From assembly GCA_040954595.2 (NCBI GenBank), contig CM082584.2:1412281-1476280 (forward strand): a stretch of DNA of 64,000 nucleotides, written 5' to 3'. Shown piece by piece: positions 41,282 through 50,342 of this stretch. This stretch comes from Balanoglossus misakiensis (taxonomy: Eukaryota > Animalia > Hemichordata). The stretch's first letter is position 1; the number at the start of each line of letters is the position of its first letter. The position numbers and the translations under genes were made by a program. The notes beneath the pieces are model-generated. The model was not told where the DNA came from and did no database searches. It saw nothing but the letters and a program-made list of their open reading frames with translations.

Positions 41282-41700
41282 GTGCAATAGTAGGCGCTCT
41301 GGGAGCACCAGGTGGAGTTGCACGAATATGTTATTATGGATGGTGCAATAGTAGGCGCTCTGGGAGCACCAGGTGGAGTTGCACGAATATGTTATTATGG
41401 ATGGTGCAATAGTAGGCGCTCTGGGAGCACCAGGTGGAGTTGCACGAATATGTTATTATGGATGGTGCAATAGTAGGCGCTCTGGGAGCACCAGGTGGAG
41501 TTGCACAAATATGTTATTATGGATGGTGCAATAGTAGGCGCTCTGGGAGCACCAGGTGGAGTTGCACGAATATGTTATTATGGATGGTGCAATAGTAGGC
41601 GCTCTGGGAGCACCAGGTGGAGTTGCACGAATATGTTACTGTGGTGGCACAATAGGTGTCCTGTGAGCACTGGGCGGAGCTGCATGAACATTGTTCATGT
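41282..41700. repeat. 61-bp minisatellite, 6 near-identical copies + 1 degenerate
   Basis: GTGCAATAGTAGGCGCTCTGGGAGCACCAGGTGGAGTTGCACGAATATGTTATTATGGATG starts at 41282, 41343, 41404, 41465, 41526 and 41587. Confidence 0.97.
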
Positions 41701-41743
41701 AGTGGAGAGCAATAAAGGAATATGCGGGGAGCATCGTAGAGTG

Positions 41744-41747
<4 letters not shown>

Positions 41748-41778
<31 letters not shown>
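41748..41778 (+). repeat. A31 homopolymer preceded by AATAAA
   Basis: 31 consecutive A; AATAAA at 41711-41716. Confidence 0.9.
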
Positions 41779-41779
<1 letters not shown>

Positions 41780-42197
41780 CATTCGACTGAAGTTCCATGC
41801 AATGTTTGATATTCTGTACAACGGTTGGAACGACGGAATGTGTGCAAGGAGTGCGTAATTAGGTAGATTTGCATATGAATGGGTAACAGTTATTTTAGAG
41901 CCACGCATACAATGGACATTGTTTAAGGCATGCCAGGTGGGGCGTGCATTCAAAAGATACCATATGGTTGTGGAGTGCTCCTGTGAATTTGCATAAGTTC
42001 TTTCTATTGTTCTGTATGCTCATAGTATCATGCATGTTGTTTTGTGGAATACGGTCATGATATTGGGTGTGACTTCGAATGTAGCCGAAATGGTGTCTGG
42101 TAGTGGAATTGTCTTACGCATGGGATATTGTAAAGTAACACTGTTAGATGATATCAGGATGTGACGTTGACTGATATATTTGCCTGAATTGTTTCAG

Positions 42198-42668
42198 GTT
42201 AATGAGAAGTTGACACTGCTAATGAAGAAAGTTGACAAAATCGAAGAAACAGCGGGTGTAGCATCTGTAGATGAAGCCTTGCATAAAGTGATGGAATTCG
42301 CGCATACCCCAGCCTTCTCATCAAGACCACAGGTGTTGAGTGCTCTACGTACGTTGGTGGATAGAGCTACTTTGGTGTCGCATCCTAAGCTGCAGAGATT
42401 TCGAGCTGTATTGTCGCAGTTTGAAGCGAATGATTTTGGAGAGGACGCTGGACGCTTGATCATTCTGTTACTGGGTAACAAAGAGGAAGAAGAGATTGCG
42501 TCGAAAGTTTCAAAATTCTTAAAACACAGGCCTTCCAACGATCGTTTTCGTCCGTATGGCCGAGGAAGGAGAAGGCAATCGTATGGGAAAGATTTCCGAT
42601 GTTTTAGATGTGGCCAGCCTGGTCATTTTGCCCGCAATTGTCGAATGAAGCCAGATCAGGAAACGTGA
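42198..42668 (+). CDS. gag: Gag-like protein with CCHC zinc knuckle (probable 3' exon)
   Basis: CFRCGQPGHFARNC knuckle preceded by the basic RFRPYGRGRRR stretch. It follows the acceptor TTGTTTCAG| in phase 0. Confidence 0.85.
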   Translation, partial: VNEKLTLLMKKVDKIEETAGVASVDEALHKVMEFAHTPAFSSRPQVLSALRTLVDRATLVSHPKLQRFRAVLSQFEANDFGEDAGRLIILLLGNKEEEEIASKVSKFLKHRPSNDRFRPYGRGRRRQSYGKDFRCFRCGQPGHFARNCRMKPDQET

Positions 42669-42933
42669 ATTTGTCTTGTAATTCAGTGACTGTAATGACG
42701 GTATTTTGGGATACATAATGAAATAAATACACCCGTCTTTATTGTATGCTGCATATTTGTTTATTTGTGTTGACGAATGATAAGTACATGTCCCATGTTT
42801 GAAGATTTGCATGTACGTATGCATATATATAATGTGGTTTAGGTTACCTCTCGATGGGAGGGGCCTTAACTAGGCTCTTTGCTTTTGCAACCTGCCATTT
42901 GTAGGATCCTGTCGAGGGGCGCCCCCACATTTC

Positions 42934-45156
42934 ATGACGGTTGATATCACCGTTTTGTTGATGGAATCCTCTTTTGTTTGCTGTTGGTTTCAGCCACCAG
43001 TATGGGAAAATGACTTTATGGTGGATATGCATGCTGTCCCGAGAACCCAATATTCGTGGAGAACGCTTGGGGGCGCCCCTCGTCAGGGTCCTCACCATAC
43101 CTCGCCTTCGATAGCTATGATAGCACGCGGAGTAGAGTTTGCAACTCCTGATGACTTGGTATTTCGGAATACGGAAGATTTCATGGCCGGGCAGATACAT
43201 GAACATGGTGATTATTGGGACATGATTACAGACCATATACATAACAAGAATGACATTATGGACTGGATAAGGAATCGTGTTAGTATTTCACAATATTTTA
43301 CCCATTTCAAGGGGGAGTTTAAAGGGCAACAGTATGATCATGATATTCCACCCCCTAGGGTGTTTCAGAATCATCCGAATTGTCATCAGCATGGTCGGTT
43401 TATCGCTCAGACTATCGCTGAACGTGTTAAAGCTGGAGCAGTGTCAGTTTGGGGGTTGGTTGGTCGCCACCAACCTCCTTATTTGGTTATGCCGATTTCG
43501 GTTGAACCGTCTAAACCGCGTATGTGTATTGACATGCGCTTTCTTAATCTATGGACGGAACCTCGTCCGTTCCACTTAGATAAGCTTTTTGAAGTCACTA
43601 GATACTTGGCTGAAGGCGATTTTCAGTTTAAGTGTGATGATAAGAGTGGGTACGACCACGTTTTAATACGACATACTGATAGAATGTATGTAGGATTTCA
43701 ATGGGCGGGGGTGTGGTATGTGAATAATTCATTACCTTTTGGTTGGAAGTTATCGGCATATGTATATCACACTTTGGGATATTGCGTTACTAGTTATGCT
43801 AGATTATTGGGAGTACCTTGCATTCAATATATCGATGATAGGCATGGGGGTGGATTAAAGTTGCCAGCTGATGCAAGTTCTTCTTGGGATAGTTTGCAAT
43901 GTGCACAGGCTGCAGCTTATATATTGTGTAAAATCGCTATTGATGCAGGATATTTTCTCTCTTTGGAGAAAAGTGTGTTATATCCTGTGACATCTTTGAT
44001 AATGTTAGGTTTTTCAGTCGATTCGGTGAATAGATCCTTTTCTATCCCGGATGATAAAAAAACGAAGTTTTTAAATTTGCTGGAGGATGTTCTGTCACAG
44101 AGGGCAGTTCCACTTTTGACAATGCAGAAATTAATGGGGAAATGCATTTCATTTACGTTAGCATTACCATGCGCTCGGTTATATGTTCGACAAATGGCCA
44201 ATGCTTGTGGGAAAGCTCAGATATCGAGTAGAGCTTTGATACCTATAAGGGGACGCTTGAAATCTGAGATTGTACAGTGGAAATCCATCTTAGATTCGGC
44301 GGGTAAATTTATTTGGCCAACCGAAAGTCATGTAGGGGTAAGGGTATTTTCTGACGCAAGTCAGTACAAATGGGGTGCGGTTATGTACGTAGCTAATAAC
44401 AAGGTGGTTATAGGAGATATGTGGGATAGTAAGTGGAAAGATTTTCCCATTATAAAGAAGGAAGCAGAAGCTTTGTGTAGAGCATTGGTTGGTTTTCAAG
44501 AGCAAACTCGTAATACTCGAGTTGATGCATATATCGATGCACTTCCTATAGTACAGGCATGGAATGGGGGAATTCCGGGAGCAAAAGATGTTGATTTGAA
44601 TGAAATTTTGAAGCGTATCTTTGACTTCTGCTTTCAGCATAATGTTCGACTTACCCTTACATATATACCTTCTAAGGCTAATGATGCCGATCTACCTTCT
44701 CGATCTACATCATTGTCAAATGCTACTTTGACCGCTGTGGTATGGCAATTCCTGGAGGAAAATTTTGGTCCTCATCATATAGATGGCATGGCTGATGTTT
44801 CTAATAAGAAGTTATCTCGATATGTGTCACAGTTTCCTCAGATAGGATGTGAGGGTGTTAATTTTTTCCAGCATGTTTTCTCAGACAAGGATACCATTTA
44901 TGTGTATCCACCATTTTTCTTAGTGGCTGCGACACTTAAACATGTCATTAGTCAGAGATTACATGCCACAGTGATTGTACCGAGAGGTCGTTTTCTGGCT
45001 TCGTATTGGCCCGTTATTAATCAATTAGCAGCTGCGGTTATAAAGTTGGGTAGTCGAGGGGAAATAGGTATTATTCAAGCCCCCTCTACTCAGGGTTATA
45101 TAGATTATGAGTTGCGGTGTGACCTCTTGGCAGTCAAATTCGATTGGGATGTATAA
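42934..45156 (+). CDS. pol: Reverse transcriptase / RNase H / C-terminal adenine methyltransferase-like (MT) protein
   Basis: RT motifs KPRMCIDMR, DDKSGYDH, LPFGW and YIDD; RNase H motifs FSDAS, KKEAEAL, YIDA and ANDADLPSR; MT-like GPHHIDGMADVSN and YVYPPF. The frame is 740 aa and uninterrupted. Confidence 0.95.
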   Translation: MTVDITVLLMESSFVCCWFQPPVWENDFMVDMHAVPRTQYSWRTLGGAPRQGPHHTSPSIAMIARGVEFATPDDLVFRNTEDFMAGQIHEHGDYWDMITDHIHNKNDIMDWIRNRVSISQYFTHFKGEFKGQQYDHDIPPPRVFQNHPNCHQHGRFIAQTIAERVKAGAVSVWGLVGRHQPPYLVMPISVEPSKPRMCIDMRFLNLWTEPRPFHLDKLFEVTRYLAEGDFQFKCDDKSGYDHVLIRHTDRMYVGFQWAGVWYVNNSLPFGWKLSAYVYHTLGYCVTSYARLLGVPCIQYIDDRHGGGLKLPADASSSWDSLQCAQAAAYILCKIAIDAGYFLSLEKSVLYPVTSLIMLGFSVDSVNRSFSIPDDKKTKFLNLLEDVLSQRAVPLLTMQKLMGKCISFTLALPCARLYVRQMANACGKAQISSRALIPIRGRLKSEIVQWKSILDSAGKFIWPTESHVGVRVFSDASQYKWGAVMYVANNKVVIGDMWDSKWKDFPIIKKEAEALCRALVGFQEQTRNTRVDAYIDALPIVQAWNGGIPGAKDVDLNEILKRIFDFCFQHNVRLTLTYIPSKANDADLPSRSTSLSNATLTAVVWQFLEENFGPHHIDGMADVSNKKLSRYVSQFPQIGCEGVNFFQHVFSDKDTIYVYPPFFLVAATLKHVISQRLHATVIVPRGRFLASYWPVINQLAAAVIKLGSRGEIGIIQAPSTQGYIDYELRCDLLAVKFDWDV

Positions 45157-45375
45157 ATCATGTAGTTGTTACTATTTATGGGATATATGATGGGTATACA
45201 GTAAATGGTTTTTCTTCTTTGGTGAATTTGTAGTATTGCAAAAGATCGTTAGGATTTTGATAGAGATATTATAAGTGTATCTTCTATTAATGTCAATATT
45301 ATCTGGTATGAAATAAATAAAATATTTTATGTCTTAGTAGACTGATGAATGGGTGTCTCTTATGATTTCTTCTAG

Positions 45376-46644
45376 ACATGTTGGATTTGTGGTGCTTTGA
45401 ATGATACAACATCTCAGTCATGTGGTGTCTGTTCATCAAAAGTGATCCAAGGAACCGGTTTAAATGACTTCAACGGTGTTGACCTTCATCATATCGACCA
45501 ACGTATCTCGGATTTATTAGGGGATCGATCTCCGTATGAGAAACAGAAAGACCGCTTAATACAAGAACTTGAGTTATTCCTTGCAAGACTCCCTGTGCCC
45601 AAGCCTGTAAGCCGAGCTAGCCCGCACGATATTGTTAGGTTTTTAGTCTTTAAGGATAAAGATGCGAAAACGCAAGTCCATCGTTACACATGTGCATACT
45701 TAGGTCAGCCTGGTCGTGCGCCATGCGGTTGTCCTAAACGTCTGAGGATAGGTTCAGCCAAAAACATGATATCTAAGATCTCTTCATATTTTCAAGCACG
45801 ACAAAAAGAAAATCCGAATCAGCGTTTTTGTAACCCCACTGATAGTATAATGGTGCAAAGGTATTTAAAGAAAATCTCTGAGGAGCAGGCACAAGCGAAT
45901 GTGACAGTCAGACAGGCTAAGCCGTTATTTTTGCCGAAGGTCATTTGCGTCTTTGAGCATTTGTTAAAGTTACTCTCTTCATGTTCGTCACCACTCTTAG
46001 CATATATATATGCTAGAGACATGGCCGTGTTTAAGCTTTTATTTTTCTCAGGTGATAGAGCAGGGGATCTGGGTCACATTAAGACACAGGAGGTTCTTCG
46101 TTTCCCCGATAATTCAGGTTTGCTTTTCAATCATACATTTGGGAAGACTCTTCGTGGATGTAATTCAAATATGTTTGTACTTAAGAGATGTGCGGATACC
46201 CGTTTGTGTCCTGTAAATACTTTAGAGCGATATATTGATTTGTCTTTAAATCTAGGTGTAGATATCATGACTGGGTATTTGTTTAGACCCACTAAACCTA
46301 ATGGTGATATAGAGAACAAACCTTTGTCATCGCAGGTTATATATCATCGGCTTAAACTTTATTTACAATCACTTAATATGGATGAAGGTGAGACACCACA
46401 CAGTCTGAGAAGTGCGTGTGCTATCACTATGTCGTTAGCGGGTGCTCACGTAGATGAAGTCATGAGTCATGTGGGTTGGAAAACTGAGAAGATGGCTGAT
46501 TATTATACTAAGCTGTCAGTTGTTGCCAATATTGGCCGCCAAGGCAATAGAACGGAGGATTTGCTTGCTTCCATGCGACATATTGAAAGGTATAATGCAA
46601 CTGAGAAACTTGTTGGATTCACAAGGGCTTTTCAGGCCAAGTAA
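45376..46644 (+). CDS. Tyrosine recombinase with N-terminal CxxC-CxxC ribbon and ALOG-like domain
   Basis: Catalytic R (DRAGDL), HSLR, HVGW and YY are present, with ALOG-like KTQVHRYTCAYLGQPGRAPCGCP. The frame opens at 45376 (TCWICG...CGVC) directly after TTTCTTCTAG; the first in-frame ATG is ~130 codons downstream. Confidence 0.93.
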   Translation, partial: TCWICGALNDTTSQSCGVCSSKVIQGTGLNDFNGVDLHHIDQRISDLLGDRSPYEKQKDRLIQELELFLARLPVPKPVSRASPHDIVRFLVFKDKDAKTQVHRYTCAYLGQPGRAPCGCPKRLRIGSAKNMISKISSYFQARQKENPNQRFCNPTDSIMVQRYLKKISEEQAQANVTVRQAKPLFLPKVICVFEHLLKLLSSCSSPLLAYIYARDMAVFKLLFFSGDRAGDLGHIKTQEVLRFPDNSGLLFNHTFGKTLRGCNSNMFVLKRCADTRLCPVNTLERYIDLSLNLGVDIMTGYLFRPTKPNGDIENKPLSSQVIYHRLKLYLQSLNMDEGETPHSLRSACAITMSLAGAHVDEVMSHVGWKTEKMADYYTKLSVVANIGRQGNRTEDLLASMRHIERYNATEKLVGFTRAFQAK

Positions 46645-46868
46645 AATGTGGGCGACTTTTCTGTGATCTGTTATATTATACGCAGCTACATGGTAGTTTC
46701 AATATAATAAATAGTATATACTTGTGGCTTGGACACTCCTCTTTCGTCCGTTTCCTTATTGACGCAAACCAGTGGGGGGAGTGGGGATTGAGGTTTGAGG
46801 ATTGGGGATTTAGGTGGGGGAATCTTTGAGGAGAGTTTTATAAATAATGAATATCGCGGGCAAATGGA

Positions 46869-47060
46869 CAACATCAGGCTCTTTAACCCATTCCTTATAA
46901 TAATAGGTATATCATTGAGCGGAGTGATTAGGCTTTAAATATTATATTATTCAAAGCCTTATCACATAGCGAGATTATTACGCCATGAATATTCATAAGA
47001 CCAGTGTATATAAGTAAGAAGAGAATGCTACTTGTGGCCAATCCCTTGCTTCCAGACTTA
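46869..47060 (+). repeat. Abutting repeats B1 (79 bp) and A2 (113 bp)
   Basis: CAACATCAGG...AATATTATAT|TATTCAAAGCC...CAGACTTA. Confidence 0.95.
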
Positions 47061-47190
47061 TAGAAGTTAAGATGTAATTAGGATCGAGTACCCAGGAGGG
47101 GGATAAGGTGACTATGTAGGAGGAAGTGGGGATCGGGTAAGGTGTTCGCCCACCCGCCCACCCCCTTTTTATCATTTCGCTCATGATTAC

Positions 47191-47269
47191 CAACATCAGG
47201 CTCTTTAACCCATTCCTTATAATAATAGGTATATCATTGAGCGGAGTGATTAGGCTTTAAATATTATAT
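47191..47269 (+). repeat. Split direct repeat B2 (79 bp), right end of the element
   Basis: Identical by eye to 46869-46947. Confidence 0.95.
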
Positions 47270-49773
47270 CAAGAAAAGTGTCAAGCGTCGTCAAAGAAAA
47301 CGAAATAGTTCTAGCATGGTTGGTAAAAGTTATTGGTAGAAAACGAATAGGGCCTTCTACAAATGACGTCTCAGACCCGCAAACGCCACCAGAACACAAA
47401 ACACATGCACAGAACAGTTTAAGCCGGTTGTTGTATGGAGCAGCAATAATCTGCGGTTGGGCCGTCGTAGATTTTCGCTGGTGGTGAAAATAAATAAAAC
47501 ACGATCGATGTTCGATTTATTCCAGATCACATGCGTTTACGGCCAGAAGGAACATAAAAGTCTTCAAATGACCATGTGGTGGCGCACTTTTTCCGATTGG
47601 CTGTATTTCAATTTGTTCGTGGTAAATTAATTTTGTGGAGGTGACCGGCACTGAAGCTCTTAGCTAGGATGAGGTGGGATGGAAAAATGCCCCATTTGAC
47701 TCATTTTAGCTGTTTTAAAATATACGACTATTTATAGACAAAAGGAAAATAAAACAAGCGCAAAAACATACCAAACCTAGTTTTATTAATTACAAAAAAA
47801 ATTGCTGAGTAAAGGTTTTCATGTGGGCATTCACTTTGAACTTGCTAAATTAATTTAAAGAGACAAAGTCGCTCTCTCTTTGTCCTTTTGCGATGATGGA
47901 ATGCTTGCTTGAAGTCTCTCGTGCAATAAATGATGTCGATTCATACATGTATGGATGGTGTATAGGTGGTCGGAATTTACATGTCTTTGCCACGTCCAAA
48001 CCAAAAACACATAAAATCAAACTTTGGGTCATGAAATCGAGTTTTGTTACAGTCTAGAATTTCATGCCACCCCTTTTGGTCATATTATTCTTGGTAGGCA
48101 AAAGTGACAAGTAGTCAAGTTTCAACACAGGCAACATTTTTACAAACAAACCACAAAGAAGACATCAAAAGGGAGAGAATTATAGAATGGTCAATGTGTG
48201 AATAGTTAAGATACGTAAAGTGGCCGGGTTCAACATAACATTAACTCATCGACTTCATATCGTCTTCATGCCATGGTTTTGCCTGCCCTGAAAGTTCTTG
48301 TCGTTGCAGAAGTGGTTTTGACAGAAAGAATTTAGTCTTCCGGGATGTTTGTGATTATTTGAACACCAGACAATACAATGCAACCTTGACTTCCAAAATA
48401 CTTACCGGCATTGCATTATCTTACCATGGTTAGGCCTACAGAGAACAAATTTTCAACAATATTTTCTGAGTTACCGCTGATATTTGTTTTGTAGTATGGA
48501 TATTAAATTATACATCCCGATACAAAACAGAATGTTATAGAATCCTTCCTGAGTGATATTGAAAAAAATACCGGAATGCTATAGCCTAATCTATGGTTAG
48601 GGTTATTGCTATTATTTTATATCAGTAATCGACTTTGTGTATATCAATGTCATTTTCATAACGAAAATGAACTCGAGTCTAATGTAAACGTTACGAATTG
48701 ATCGAAAGGCGCTCTGATGAATGTTAACACGAGTGCGCAATGACAAGACATGCATCGTGCATGACAGTGACAACAGTTCCAATAGAGCAGTTAAAAAATA
48801 AACCGGCCGTCCGTAAATTTATCAGCTATATTTTTTTTTATTTAGTCACGTTTTCCCTGTTGCATGCTATTAGTTCAGGGGCCAGTTTTAGCAGTGCTCT
48901 ATTGAGTACTTTCGTATCGATGGATTGATCTCTCGTCCAATCAGAATGGCGGATGGTAGCATGATCCGACATATTGCGTATTACAATAGGGCTTCCTCAT
49001 ACAGGTCAGAACAGAGAGGTCATTCCTTTTATTTTAGGACGTCTCAGCTCCTTTGTCTTTTCTGTTATTTTTTGACAAATGCGGATTGACGTTCCATTTC
49101 CAATTGGCGATAATTATATTTATTTGTATTTTATTGCATAAGCGCTTGCTAGTCGTTTTTTAGCAATTTTTTTTGTAGTACAAAAACACTGAAGAAAACG
49201 AAATATTTTATTCATTCGCACTTCCAAAGAACACCGTGACATAATTCCTCAATTTGCATTTCAGTGTGTGTGTCTGGTGTGTCTGCATTGACGTGAGGCG
49301 CATTCTCCACCCGCACACATACGTTGCATTGCATTCTTTGACTAATTAGTGTTACGTCATGTTGAAGCAGGATTCTGATTGAGTAGTAAGTAAGTTGCAT
49401 AATTGACGCACAGCTGGTGCCTCGTTCTCGTACCGCTGACCATTGCATTTGAAAAATCATTGCAGCTTTGACGTTCATCAAGCATGGAGGTCCCGGTCGC
49501 CTCCATGCTTGATGATGTCGTTTCTCTGGTAAGCATGGCATTTAATGTTATTTTACAAGTACATGTACACTCCTTCTAGCAAAAACTGGTCGTGGTAGGG
49601 CGAGAGGGTCCTCCCAACATCGAAATTCTGACTTTGGGAAGCGTTACAGCACCAAACAGTAAACTCACAGTCGCATGGAATTTGTGCGTTATATTACACC
49701 GTGCGAGTAAATTGTACGTCGTTCGTTGGCTCGAGTCAGCTTTGTTATTGTGGAGCAGGTGGTACCGTAACAC

Positions 49774-50187
49774 CACAGGGGGCTCTCCCTAGGCGATTTT
49801 ATTGTTTGTTTGTTGTTGTTGATTGGCATAATAAACAAATACATATTTCTTTATTAATAAATATGGTTTGTTGACATGTAAGGGTTAGGTTATTAGGGTA
49901 TATTTGACAGGTTATGGTATATTCAACGGTTAGAATTAGTGTTGGCATTTTTTCGATCCATGGCCGGCATCACCCCCCCAAACCCCCCCCCCCCACCCCC
50001 TGTGGCTTAGTGATGCCCGGGGCCGTGGATCGAAAAAAATGCCAACAGTAACCCTAACTGTTGAATATACCCTAACACTTACATGTCAACAAACCATATT
50101 TATTAATAAAGAAATATGTATTTGTTTATTATGCCAATCAACAACAACAAACAAACAATAAAATCGCGGAGGGAGGAGCCCCCTGTG
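49774..50187. mobile_element. 414-bp foldback MITE with 7-bp TSD, P-superfamily-like ends
   Basis: GTAACAC|CACAGGGGGCTC ... GAGCCCCCTGTG|GTAACAC, with ~180-200-bp inverted arms around a poly-C spacer. Confidence 0.88.
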
Positions 50188-50342
50188 GTAACACACTACA
50201 GTATAACTTTTAAGGCAAAGCGATAGCGAATAAACTGACCAGGGTTGGTTTTGTTGTTGGGGAGATTTTTGGCACCATTGAGACTGTTAAAAGCTACCAG
50301 TGGGAGCTATGGTATAGCCGTTAACACGCAGCCCTGCCACGC

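Larger units (their letters stand above)
40778..47269 (+). mobile_element. Full-length tyrosine-recombinase retrotransposon (DIRS order, PAT-like: split direct repeats + MT domain)
   Basis: Gag, RT/RH/MT and YR ORFs are intact and in order. A1 (40778-40890) equals A2 (46948-47060), and B1 (46869-46947) equals B2 (47191-47269). Confidence 0.95.

Noticed and set aside
41282-41700. CRISPR-like regular array
   Set aside because: Units are identical over their whole length with no unique spacers, there are no cas genes, and the context is eukaryotic.
42194-46319. Antisense and alternate-frame ORFs over gag, pol and YR
   Set aside because: Shadow ORFs of the real coding strand with no motifs.
42934-46644. 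Prokaryotic retron/DGR or phage integrase locus
   Set aside because: The gag knuckle, RNase H, MT domain and split direct repeats identify a DIRS-order retrotransposon, and the surroundings are eukaryotic repeats.
50302-50342. tRNA-Gly(GCC)-like 5' half (TGGTATAGCCGTTAACACGCAGCCCTGCCACGC)
   Set aside because: There is no T-arm/B-box or acceptor stem and it stops at the duplication breakpoint. At best it is a SINE fragment, too short to call.
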